Positions 38,586 to 47,935 of a stretch of 64,000 nt of DNA are shown here, piece by piece. The stretch spans positions 248,243-312,242 of the forward strand of contig CAWBBV010000011.1 of NCBI GenBank assembly GCA_963787125.1. Direction: 5' to 3'. The position numbers and the translations under genes are program-made. This DNA is from an uncultured delta proteobacterium (GTDB lineage: Bacteria > Desulfobacterota > Desulfuromonadia > Geobacterales > DSM-12255). How positions within the stretch are numbered: the first letter of the stretch is position 1; each line of letters begins with the position of its first letter. A model generated the notes under the pieces. It searched no databases. It was given only the letters and a program-made list of their open reading frames with translations, and was not told the DNA's origin.

Positions 38586-39326
38586 ATGACAAATTTCAAG
38601 CTGCTGACTGTTGCTGCCCTGTTACTAACCTCAACCCTTAATTTTTCCGGCTGTGCAGCCATATCGAACAGAAATCTCGACGTACAGGCAAAAATGAGCG
38701 AATCGATTTTTCTCAACCCGGAAATTCTTGAGGCGGGCAAATCGATTTATGTGCGAGTTACCAATACTTCAGACTTTCAGGAGATTAATTTCAGCCAGCT
38801 CCTTAAAGATAAAATCACTGCTACCGGACGGAAATTGACATTGAATCCGAAGGAGGCCGGTTATCTTCTCCAGGCCAATCTCCTCTATCTTGGCGAGCAG
38901 AAAAAAGATATGTCCATGGAAGGCGCAGTAGCTGGCGGAGTCGGCGGCTTACTCGCCGGTGCCGCAATTGCAGACTCCTCAGGACTAAACAGCTATGGCA
39001 GCGGCTTGACTGGTCTGGCTCTTGGAGTGGCCGGCGCAGGCATTAGCGCATTGGCCGGTTCACTCGTTCATGTTGACAGTTATGTGGGTCTTGTTGACGT
39101 TTCCATTAAAGAAGCTGTCGAAGGCGGCGTTAGCGGCACTGAAGTCTCCAATATCAGCCAAGGCTCCTCAAACAATGTCCATACAGAGCGTGCAGTCAAG
39201 GATAGCCGCCAGGAGTTTAGAACCCGGATTGGTGTTAAAGCTATTCAGACGAATATTAACCGGGAAGAAGCAACCAAAACTATCGCAGAGCGACTTGCCA
39301 CCCAGATTGTCGGTTATTTCAAGTAG
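38586..39326 (+). CDS. traT: TraT-family surface exclusion/complement resistance lipoprotein
   Basis: Lipobox FSGC; RNLDVQAKMSESIFLNP, VTNTSD and AGYLLQAN motifs; glycine-zipper hairpin. Confidence 0.85.
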   Translation: MTNFKLLTVAALLLTSTLNFSGCAAISNRNLDVQAKMSESIFLNPEILEAGKSIYVRVTNTSDFQEINFSQLLKDKITATGRKLTLNPKEAGYLLQANLLYLGEQKKDMSMEGAVAGGVGGLLAGAAIADSSGLNSYGSGLTGLALGVAGAGISALAGSLVHVDSYVGLVDVSIKEAVEGGVSGTEVSNISQGSSNNVHTERAVKDSRQEFRTRIGVKAIQTNINREEATKTIAERLATQIVGYFK

Positions 39327-39346
39327 GATCTGAAAGGAGAATAGCG

Positions 39347-39616
39347 ATGCCCCCTGAACGCCTGCAAAAACCGTGGTTCTTGGTTCCACTCTGTATCTTC
39401 TCTCTAACAGTCGGACTGATGCTGCTTTCGTATCTCGTCTTCCCTGAGATATCCCCGAGAGCGCATCAGAATCTGGTCGAGCGAAATCTTGCACCTCTGG
39501 CAGGGTTCTTTGGGCTGCTCTGCGTGCTGCTGCCGGTTGGCATGCTCTTCTGGGCGACACGAAAAGAAAATGAAAAAGCAGAGGGGTCGACGGAAGATGA
39601 TGAGAGTTTCTATTAA
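39347..39616 (+). CDS. Small two-TM membrane protein
   Basis: AAGGAG RBS, two hydrophobic segments and an acidic tail. Confidence 0.6.
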   Translation: MPPERLQKPWFLVPLCIFSLTVGLMLLSYLVFPEISPRAHQNLVERNLAPLAGFFGLLCVLLPVGMLFWATRKENEKAEGSTEDDESFY

Positions 39617-39714
39617 AAAACGACTGCCAAAAATACACTGCCTGGAAAGAACCTGTCAAACGAACTCCAGGCCCTGAATAATTTCAATAGCGAGTCGATC
39701 TGTTGTAGCAGCAG

Positions 39715-41536
39715 GATAGTGTCAAAAGTTTCATGAAAAGCCGGGATATTGAAATGGAAAGTACTCGAAAGTAAACGATGCCCTTCATCTGCATCTTTTC
39801 CGAGTCTGTCCAGACTGTGACTTCACTACTTTGTGGTCACTGGCTTGAATTTTGGGCAAGCCACTCTGTGACCAGGCACGTGAGATAGTTGGTCAGATTA
39901 AAACAACAATCAGTAAATTGATCTTTGAAGACGGGAAGTCAGGCAGCTAGCGAGAGGATCTTGGTCCATCTAGCCTGAATGGTCGGCAGTGCCTTCAACT
40001 CCTGCAAAGGCACCGGTGGTAGATATTTTAGCGACATGTGAGGCCTGAGGAAGTTGTAGTGGGTCACAAACAGCGTAGTTAAAGATACCGCACCGTTTGT
40101 GCTGTTGAATCCTGCTGCTGGCCTTACATGATACTTGAAGGTTCTGTTGAGCCGCTCAACGAGCTGCTTGAAGGATCTGTACTCTTCGGACTCGGCATCA
40201 AGGTTTTGGAGGCCAATAACCTTTTTGTGCTGAATCGTCTGGGAATCATCAGTCTGGGCATTGATGAAATGAATGCCAGCTGGATAAGAAGGGTTTCCGT
40301 CGCTGACAAGGGTTATTTGCTGATCGGCAGAAGCAGTCCTGATGGCTTCATTCATAGCGATAATGGCAGGCTGAGTGCCCCTGTTATCGGCCACGTGATA
40401 GGCGGAGATTTTCAGGTTCTTTGCCGAGATAAAAAAGAAGACATAATGGTGCTTGCCCAGGATCTTGATGTAGGTCTCATCACCTGCAGAGATATTATCG
40501 ATATGGCCTTTATGCTTGAGATTGAATCGGTGGCAGTGCCAGGCGGCGCCAGCGGCATAATTGAGAACTGTCTGATGAGAAACCTTGATACAGAAGACTT
40601 CGCGCAGGATTTGAGCAGTTTTTCTGGCCGGAACGGCGAATGAAACATAGAAAGTCAGAATCAGGCCAAGCACGTTTTCGCTGTTATGGATTCTCGCCAG
40701 TTCGACCGGCGGTTTGTCCGGAGAAGAGAGTTCCAACTCTTCCGGTTTGTAGTGATATTCGCGGTACTGGTAGTTGATTTTGAACTGAGAACTTTTCTTT
40801 TTCATCAGCTCTTTCTCGGCTTTATTGAGCTTGGCAAGCGCCTGGATACGGTGAGGACAGTTATCATTTGGGCACTTGTGGATGGTCACTTCCTTTTGCG
40901 ACTTCCACCTGAAGAGAGCCAGCCCGCAATGGGGACAGAAGAGCTTTGACTTTCTGTTGGTTCTGAAGCGCTGTTGGAGTTGGAAGAGTTGAGAGCAAAC
41001 CTTGCAGAGAACTTGAGAGCGCTTCTTTCCGTCGTTGAAGTAGAGATAAGTATTTGGCGCTCCGCAGCAGGGACAGGTGACATGCACTGGAACCGGTGAT
41101 GAACCCGCCCGGAGCTTGACCGGAGCAAGAGACTTTCCGTGAAGTGTTTCGTACTCAATCAGGAGTTGCCGGTAGTCTTTTTGATCGAGGTCTTTTTTTT
41201 AAACTTTGGGGGCTCAGTCAGTGGCGGCTTGGGATCGACAATAAAGTTTCTGTAGTTCGGATGTTTCTCTTTGAAATCGTCCTTTGGCTTAACTTCAGGA
41301 TTACGATTTTCGAGGACATCTGACAACCCGACGACGATCTGTTCAATCTCGGTCTTTGTAAACTTGGAGCAAATCCAGACAACAAACCGGGCAGTTTTGG
41401 ATAGGTACGACATGAGCTAGCCCTCCATAACTGGCATTCTTAACCAGAATCACGGGGGGAGGCAAGACTTTGATTGGTAATGCATTGAAATTAGAACTGA
41501 AAAGCAAAAAGACATGTCAAGAAGTTTGACACAACG
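39715..41536 (-). mobile_element. Insertion sequence, 1822 bp, with IS6-like DDE transposase
   Basis: 8-bp direct repeats AGCAGCAG at 39707-39714 and 41537-41544; imperfect terminal inverted repeats GATAGTGTCAAA / CGTTGTGTCAAA. Confidence 0.88.
39939..41413 (-). CDS. DDE transposase with N-terminal zinc fingers, split by a -1 frameshift at 41192-41200
   Basis: ORF 41159-41413 joins the 39939 frame at TTT AAA AAA AAG; CPCC/CKVC/CPHC/CPNDNC fingers; GDETYIK, VSDGNPSY and VERLNRTFK catalytic motifs. Confidence 0.85.
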
Positions 41537-41560
41537 AGCAGCAGCATAGGGAGATGATAA

Positions 41561-41989
41561 ATGGAAGAGATTTTGAAAAGTGTTCTTATACTTTTAATTT
41601 TATATGCGCCGTTTTATCTGATTTGCAAACTATACGCTCCAAAAGGCTCAATTGATGACGGCATTCCACACAGAATAGATGCGTCTCAACACAGCAACAT
41701 ACCAGTGGGTGACCTGATGTCTGCGGGAATAATAGCAAGCAGTTTTGATTCTTCAGATGATTATAACCACCTGGAGCATTCTGTAAAAGCTTTCTGCGTC
41801 CTGGAGATGGATTCAGATTGGCTGACTGCAAACGAACATAGCGCCATTGGCATTAGTTCAGATATGTTAGCGGATGATTTTAACATTACCAACACCAACT
41901 CAGACTGGGCTGTAAATATCGATGGCTCACCGATGTGCGGTGATCTAGATATTCATGGCAACCCCTATGGCGTTACCAGTGACTTCTAA
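41561..41989 (+). CDS. Hypothetical membrane-anchored acidic protein
   Basis: GGGAG RBS, N-terminal TM, D/S-rich body, C-terminal NIDGSPM...DIHGNPYG motif. Confidence 0.6.
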   Translation: MEEILKSVLILLILYAPFYLICKLYAPKGSIDDGIPHRIDASQHSNIPVGDLMSAGIIASSFDSSDDYNHLEHSVKAFCVLEMDSDWLTANEHSAIGISSDMLADDFNITNTNSDWAVNIDGSPMCGDLDIHGNPYGVTSDF

Positions 41990-42053
41990 TCCTTATGTTT
42001 TTACTTCTCACTGGATCAACATCTCTGCAGCTAAACCCGATCGATGTTCAAAC

Positions 42054-42089
42054 AAAAAAGACCCCCCGATAACCGGGAGGTCTTTTTTT
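42054..42089. terminator. Bidirectional intrinsic terminator
   Basis: A6-GACCCCCCG...CGGGAGGTC-T7 between convergent genes. Confidence 0.82.
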
Positions 42090-42116
42090 GCTATTACCAG
42101 CCAAGAAGTAAACGCT

Positions 42117-42791
42117 CTATTCTTCTTCCTTCAAAATATAACCAACGCCACGAACGGTATGAATCAGCTTAACCGGGGCATCGCGATCTATCTTCTTGCG
42201 GAGATAGTTGACATAGACGTCGATTATATTGGTGAAACTGTCAAAGGTGTAGTCCCAGACATGATCGGCAATCATTGTCCTGGTCAGGACCTGGTTCGGA
42301 TTGCGCATGAAGTATTCCAGCAGACCGTACTCTTTGGCGGTCAAATCAATCTCTTTTTCACTGCGCCAAACTTTGTGGGTGACCGGATCAATACGCAAGT
42401 CGGCAAAACGGAGCTCTGCACCACGATCCATTTCACTACGGCGAATCAGCGCTTTCACCCTGGCAAGCAGTTCGGCAAAGGCGAAAGGCTTGGTCAGATA
42501 GTCATCCGAGCCGGTTTCAAGGCCGACAACAATATCTTCGACAGTATCTTTGGCGGTGAGCATCAGAACCGGCGTAGCCATCTTCCTGTCACGGAGCTCT
42601 TTGAGGAAGCTCATGCCGTCCCGCTTCGGCAACATCCAGTCAAGGATGATGAGGTCAAAATGGCCGGCAAGAGCCATAGTCAGCCCCTCTTCACCATCTC
42701 CGGCTGTTTCGACTTCATAACTCTCTTCTTCCAACCCGCGCTTGATAAAACTTGCAACTTTCTTTTCGTCTTCCACAACCAGAATTTTCAT
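42117..42791 (-). CDS. OmpR-family response regulator (heavy-metal CusR/CzcR-like)
   Basis: ILVVEDE, ILDWMLP, DDYLTKPF, NIIDVYVNYLRKK and HTVRGVGY motifs. Confidence 0.93.
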   Translation of the reverse strand: MKILVVEDEKKVASFIKRGLEEESYEVETAGDGEEGLTMALAGHFDLIILDWMLPKRDGMSFLKELRDRKMATPVLMLTAKDTVEDIVVGLETGSDDYLTKPFAFAELLARVKALIRRSEMDRGAELRFADLRIDPVTHKVWRSEKEIDLTAKEYGLLEYFMRNPNQVLTRTMIADHVWDYTFDSFTNIIDVYVNYLRKKIDRDAPVKLIHTVRGVGYILKEEE

Positions 42792-42835
42792 TTGCTCCCC
42801 CTTTTGTTTTTACTTTTCAGACATCGACTATCGGT

Positions 42836-43645
42836 TTAAGCAAGACCTACCCCAGTAAGCTTCTTGATGATTTCGCTGGCAGACTCCTCAACTGACTTGT
42901 GGGTCACTTCAATCACAAGCCACTGAGGATTGCGCCTGTACAGCTGTTTGCAGCAGATAAGTTCATCGAGGATCTCGTCATAACTGGCATATTTGCTTCT
43001 CGGGCTCTGTTGCAGCTGGATAAGCCTGGCAGAGCGGAGTTCAACAAGCCGCTTGGCGTCAATAATCAGTCCGACGACCCTGTTCTGATCGATGTCAAAA
43101 AGCTCCTTTGGCGGATCTATCCCCTTTACCAGCGGGATATTGGCAACCTTGAAGCCTTTATGGGCAAGATACATGGACAGCGGAGTTTTAGATGTCCTTG
43201 ATGCGCCGATCAACACAATATCGGCCTTGTACAGATACCTGAGTTCCTGACCGTCATCCTGTTTGACAGTGAAATTTACCGCTTCGACCCTTTTATGGTA
43301 TTCAGCATTTATTTCGTATAAAAGCCCTGGCTCCTGTTTCGGTGCCAAGCCAAGAATATCGGAAAATTTGTAGAGAATCGGGCCCAAAAGATCGATGACT
43401 TCCAGCTCCCGCTGTTCCGCTTCGTGCTGCAGGTACTGTACAAGTTCAATATTGACGAGAGTACAGAGTATAAGCCCCGGTCTGCTGGAAGCGGCTTCAA
43501 TAGCTTTAAGCATGTCCGCCTCTGAGCGGAGCTGATTGAAGCGATGCAGCTTTACATCAGCTGCACGGAACTGTGAAAGCACAGCACGGACGACTCTGTC
43601 AATCGTTTCGCCGGTAGCATCTGAAAAGAGATAAAGGTTCTGGAT
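42836..43645 (-). CDS. ppsR: PEP synthase/PPDK regulatory protein (kinase/pyrophosphorylase); start appears to be ATC
   Basis: The open frame extends beyond the ORF call through QNLYLFSDATGET; also KQDDG, GASRTSKTPLS and SVEESA motifs. Confidence 0.88.
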   Translation of the reverse strand: MQNLYLFSDATGETIDRVVRAVLSQFRAADVKLHRFNQLRSEADMLKAIEAASSRPGLILCTLVNIELVQYLQHEAEQRELEVIDLLGPILYKFSDILGLAPKQEPGLLYEINAEYHKRVEAVNFTVKQDDGQELRYLYKADIVLIGASRTSKTPLSMYLAHKGFKVANIPLVKGIDPPKELFDIDQNRVVGLIIDAKRLVELRSARLIQLQQSPRSKYASYDEILDELICCKQLYRRNPQWLVIEVTHKSVEESASEIIKKLTGVGLA

Positions 43646-43796
43646 GGTAATCTCTCCCTGTTACTTCATGCAGTGGTCGTACCCCTGATAAACAGGATAA
43701 TTACTTTAATGAAGTTGTTTTTTTGATGGAAACGCACAGCAAGCAACTTCCAGCGTCCTAATAATAACAGGCTATAATTAAGATTCAACCAGTTTT

Positions 43797-44966
43797 TTAA
43801 ATAATTTCATGAAACTCTTTAATGATCGTGGCCCGTATAATCGGGGAATATATCAGCTCAATTGCCGTCAGGGCCAGTGCTGTCGCCCCTTCAACCGCAG
43901 CCATCTCACCCTGCAGGGAGACGGTCGCTACGGCAAACCCCTCTGTATGAATATTGATGCCGGCACCGATCGGAACATGAGGATGAATAGTCGGTATAAC
44001 CTGCGACAGATTTCCTATGTCTGAGGAACCTTTATTTCTGTCCGGCCTGGAATCAGATTCTTCCAGCCCCAATAGGGCCAGCTGCTCGGAGTATATCCGG
44101 TAATAGGAAGGGAGAATCTTCAGCGGTGCAATGACCCTTGGATCAGCGGCCGTTTCCAGACGACAGCCTGTAGCCAGAGCAGCACCTTCAGCGCAGGCAA
44201 TGACTTTCGCTCTCGCCATCTCAAGCTCATCAAGATCATCCGCCCTGACATAAAAGTAGCAGGATGCCTTGGCAGGGATGATGTTGGGCGCTATACCACC
44301 ATCCGTGATTATACCGTGAATCCGCACATCCTGCCTGCTTTGCTGGCGCAGGGCGTTAACGGAATTGAAAGTCTGAATGACCGCGTCAAGGGCGTTTACC
44401 CCTTCTTCTGGGTAGGCTGCCGCATGAGCCGGCTTACCGTGAAAAGTAAATCTGATCTTTGCCAGACCGAGAAAATGCTTGATCACCTGTCTGCGGGAAG
44501 AGGGGTGCACCATCATGGCAAAATCAACACCGCTAAAACATCCGGCTTTTATCATCTCGACCTTGCCTATGCCGAGCTCTTCTGCAGGCGTGGCAAAGAC
44601 GAGAAGTGTAGCCGCATCTGCCGGTAGAAGCCTGCGCAAAATCAGCGCGGCGCCAATAGCTGCGGCAGCAATTATATTGTGCCCGCACGCATGGCCCAGC
44701 TCAGGAAGGGCATCCATCTCGGCAATCAGGGCTATTTTCAGATCACCGCAACCACTGCTAGCGGCAAAAGCGGTGTTCATGCCGGCAAGCCCTGCCGTGA
44801 CTTCAAAGCCTTCACGCGCAAGAATCCCCGTGAGCAGAGCGGCAGCTTCCACCTCCTGAAGTGAAACTTCCGGATGCCCGTAGAGACGGTGGACTATACT
44901 GATAATTTCGGGTGAAACTGTTCTGGCAGCAGCAATGACCTGCTCCAGGCCGGGACGTTCGCTCAT
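43797..44966 (-). CDS. M20 family amidohydrolase
   Basis: HPEVSLQE, AEMDALP, GHACGHN, TPAEE and GSSDIGN motifs. Confidence 0.92.
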   Translation of the reverse strand: MSERPGLEQVIAAARTVSPEIISIVHRLYGHPEVSLQEVEAAALLTGILAREGFEVTAGLAGMNTAFAASSGCGDLKIALIAEMDALPELGHACGHNIIAAAAIGAALILRRLLPADAATLLVFATPAEELGIGKVEMIKAGCFSGVDFAMMVHPSSRRQVIKHFLGLAKIRFTFHGKPAHAAAYPEEGVNALDAVIQTFNSVNALRQQSRQDVRIHGIITDGGIAPNIIPAKASCYFYVRADDLDELEMARAKVIACAEGAALATGCRLETAADPRVIAPLKILPSYYRIYSEQLALLGLEESDSRPDRNKGSSDIGNLSQVIPTIHPHVPIGAGINIHTEGFAVATVSLQGEMAAVEGATALALTAIELIYSPIIRATIIKEFHEII

Positions 44967-45101
44967 GAGATTTCCTACATTATAGATCTAATGAAAACTA
45001 CAATTTTACCAGCATACTGTCAAGGTTTTTATTGCGATATTCTGGCTGTTTTGCTAGCTTAACCGAGCTGTTGGGAGAATAGTTTCATTAGAGGAGCGGA
45101 A

Positions 45102-46031
45102 ATGACAAATACAATCTGGGCAGAGATAACCTGCACCGTACCAGCAGCCATTGTAGAAACAGTTGCTGATTTCCTTTTGGAACTGACCGGCAACGGGGTC
45201 AGCATTGAAAACAGAACCGTCGACACATTTAATGTCGAAGATATTGCCGAAGAAACGATAAAAAGCGTCAAGTGCTATCTGCCATCCGATGAACTGCTCA
45301 AAGACTCTCTCGCACAAATTACAGCATACCTTTCAGTCATCGGTCCGGACTTCCCGGATTTTTCCTTTCCTGTACCGACAGTTTCCATTCTTAAAGAAGA
45401 GGATTGGGCCAACTCCTGGAAAGCTAACTTCAAACCGACCCGTATCGGTGAGCGGCTTGTTATCAAACCTTCCTGGGAAGAGTTTGCAGCATCGACCGGT
45501 GATATAATCCTCGAACTTGACCCCGGCATGGCTTTTGGCACCGGAACACATGCAACCACCAGGCTCTGCCTTGAATCACTGGAACTGTTGGTTTTCAAGG
45601 AAAATGCCTTTACGGGTAACAGTACCGTTCTTGATGTCGGCTGCGGCTCAGGAGTGCTTGGGATTGCGGCGGCTCTCTTCGGGGCAAGCAGAGTGGTCGC
45701 CGTTGATATCGACCCGATTGCAATTACGGTTACCCGCGAAAATGCCGCTATCAATGACGTCAGCGAAATTGTTAGTGCGTCTGAAACTCCCCTTGCTGAG
45801 CTCCCGGACCAGTATGCAATAGTTCTCGCCAACATTCTCGCTGAAGAGCTGGTCAAAATGAGTCTGCCGCTGACTGAAAAAGTCACGGCAGGCGGCTTTC
45901 TCGTCCTCTCAGGAATTCTCACCGAACGGGAAAAGTTTGTTATCGCCGGTTTTTCGCAGCAACCGCTACGCCTCCACGCTGTCGTCCACCAGGAAGAGTG
46001 GTGCTGCATTATTTTCCAGAAAACCTGCTAA
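45102..46031 (+). CDS. prmA: Ribosomal protein L11 methyltransferase
   Basis: DPGMAFGTGTHATT, LDVGCGSGVL and ANILA motifs. Confidence 0.97.
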   Translation: MTNTIWAEITCTVPAAIVETVADFLLELTGNGVSIENRTVDTFNVEDIAEETIKSVKCYLPSDELLKDSLAQITAYLSVIGPDFPDFSFPVPTVSILKEEDWANSWKANFKPTRIGERLVIKPSWEEFAASTGDIILELDPGMAFGTGTHATTRLCLESLELLVFKENAFTGNSTVLDVGCGSGVLGIAAALFGASRVVAVDIDPIAITVTRENAAINDVSEIVSASETPLAELPDQYAIVLANILAEELVKMSLPLTEKVTAGGFLVLSGILTEREKFVIAGFSQQPLRLHAVVHQEEWCCIIFQKTC

Positions 46032-46032
46032 C

Positions 46033-46773
46033 ATGAGACGCTTCTTCGTCGAACCGGAGTTTCTCCTTCGGAGTTCCGGCAAAATAAGCGGTGACCTCCA
46101 CCGGCACATAGCAACTGTTCTTCGCCTGAAGATTGGCGCTGCACTTTTGTTGGCAGATGGCTGCGGTCATGAAGCCGTTGCCGTGATAACCGCTATTGAG
46201 CAGGGGGAGTTATGCGTCAGTCTGGAAAAGGTTCTCTCAGCCCCGGCAGAAAACATAACCCTGCCGGTCACACTCTGCCAGGGGCTTCCAAAGGGAGAGA
46301 AGCTTGACCTGATCCTCCAAAAGAGCACCGAACTGGGCGTCAGCCGTATCGTCCCGTTCAATGCACAGCGCTCGGTTGCCAAAATCGACAAGGTGAAGCT
46401 TGAGAAAAAAATGGTCAGGTGGGGCAGGATTGTTCAGGAAGCAGCACGACAGTCGGGACGCAGCAGCATCCCGACTGTCGACTTCCATGAAGATTTAAGG
46501 GAGCTATTGCTTAGGGAAAAGGCGAGTTTAAAACTGCTGCTCTGGGAAGGGGAAAAGGAGCAAGGGCTCCGTGAGCTCATCGAAACAGTCGAAAAACCAA
46601 TGTCCGTTGCCATAATCATCGGCCCCGAGGGGGGTCTCAGCTCAGAAGAGGCAAGGGGCGCCGTAGCTGCCGGGTATATACCGGTCAGTCTCGGCAGCAG
46701 GATACTGCGGACCGAGACGGCCGGGTTTGCAGTTCTGGCGATCCTTCAGTACGTCTGGGGAGATCTGGGCTGA
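46033..46773 (+). CDS. rsmE: 16S rRNA m3U1498 methyltransferase
   Basis: MRRFF, HIATVLR, QKSTELGV, IGPEGG and LGSRILRTETA motifs. Confidence 0.97.
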   Translation: MRRFFVEPEFLLRSSGKISGDLHRHIATVLRLKIGAALLLADGCGHEAVAVITAIEQGELCVSLEKVLSAPAENITLPVTLCQGLPKGEKLDLILQKSTELGVSRIVPFNAQRSVAKIDKVKLEKKMVRWGRIVQEAARQSGRSSIPTVDFHEDLRELLLREKASLKLLLWEGEKEQGLRELIETVEKPMSVAIIIGPEGGLSSEEARGAVAAGYIPVSLGSRILRTETAGFAVLAILQYVWGDLG

Positions 46774-46779
46774 ACAAAA

Positions 46780-47898
46780 TCAATCTTTAAGCAGTTGAAA
46801 CAGCTCCTCGCCAAACACGGCTGCATGCCACCCTTTGCTAACCTTGAGATCTGCAGGAGTCGGCGGGGCTGCTTCTGCCAGCGTTTCAAGGAGCGCATTG
46901 TTCGCCAATATCCCTGAATCTATCCCAAGCTCTGCAGACTTGGCAGTCCGCCACTCCTTCAGCTTTTTCAGCCGTTCTTCCTGCAGCAAAGTCCGTTCTG
47001 CCCTTCTTTTCGACTCAAAAACCGGCAAAGAATCCTTGGGAAGAGCCCTGCCGTCTCTGACGGCATGAAGGACCGCCCGCCCATATCTTTCGACAAGCCT
47101 CGGAGAAAAGCCGGAGATGCCATTAAAATCAGCCACTGAAACCGGGTTTCTTTCGGCAATCTCACGGATCGTCTCATTGCCGATAATTTTGAAGGGGGGC
47201 AGATCTTTTTTCTGCGCCTCCTCATCACGGAACCTCAGCACCCCTTCCAGAATGCCCAGCGCCTGCGGTCTCATTTTAGAGGCGCCCTTGAAGCGAGCCG
47301 AAAGCGGTTCGTCGCTCCGCTCAGAGCTGCGCACCCGGCTTAAGAGTTCGCACTCTTCCAGAACCCAGTCAAGCCGCCCCTTGGCAGTCAATTCGGCAGT
47401 AAGTTCTTTATGCAGCGGGATTAACAGCGAGGTGTCCTTGGCAGCATAATCAAGCATCTCCGGCGGCAGCGGCCTTTTGCTCCAGTCCGCCTGCTGGTAT
47501 TTTTTGTCCAGATCGACCGAGTAGCGCTTTTTCAGTACCGCAGCAAGGCCGACTGCAGGCTCACCGAGAAACTGGCAGGCAATCATGGTGTCGAACAGAT
47601 TGGTGATCTCGATACCGAAGCCGCGATGCAGCATCCTGACATCGTAGTCAGCACCGTGGAAAATCTTGACGATTTCCGGATCGGAAAAAATCGGCACGAG
47701 GGGGGAGAAATCCGGGCAGAGCAGCGGGTCAACGATATAGTTCTTCTCGGCAGTGGATATCTGCAGCAGGCAGACCTGCTCCCGGTAGTGGTGCATGGAA
47801 TCCGCTTCGAGGTCGAACGCTACGATTTTTTCGTTTTTCAACAGAAGTGCTGTCTGCTGCAGTTGGTCAGGCGTGGTGATCATTTCGATCAATGTCAT
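46780..47898 (-). CDS. rnd: Ribonuclease D (3'-5' exonuclease plus HRDC)
   Basis: AFDLEAD, KIFHGADYD, FDTMIA, DWSKRPL and YAAKD motifs. Confidence 0.92.
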   Translation of the reverse strand: MTLIEMITTPDQLQQTALLLKNEKIVAFDLEADSMHHYREQVCLLQISTAEKNYIVDPLLCPDFSPLVPIFSDPEIVKIFHGADYDVRMLHRGFGIEITNLFDTMIACQFLGEPAVGLAAVLKKRYSVDLDKKYQQADWSKRPLPPEMLDYAAKDTSLLIPLHKELTAELTAKGRLDWVLEECELLSRVRSSERSDEPLSARFKGASKMRPQALGILEGVLRFRDEEAQKKDLPPFKIIGNETIREIAERNPVSVADFNGISGFSPRLVERYGRAVLHAVRDGRALPKDSLPVFESKRRAERTLLQEERLKKLKEWRTAKSAELGIDSGILANNALLETLAEAAPPTPADLKVSKGWHAAVFGEELFQLLKD

Positions 47899-47935
47899 AT
47901 TTTATCTTTCTTCAGGAGCAGTAGTTTACAGCTCC

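Noticed and set aside
41526..41560. IS-derived hybrid promoter for the 41561 gene
   Set aside because: TTGACA is present in the IS end, but no plausible -10 lies 16-18 nt downstream.
29855..42116. Integrative element or prophage with att sites
   Set aside because: No integrase, phage genes, flanking tRNA or boundary direct repeats were found by eye, so it is described only as an accessory block.
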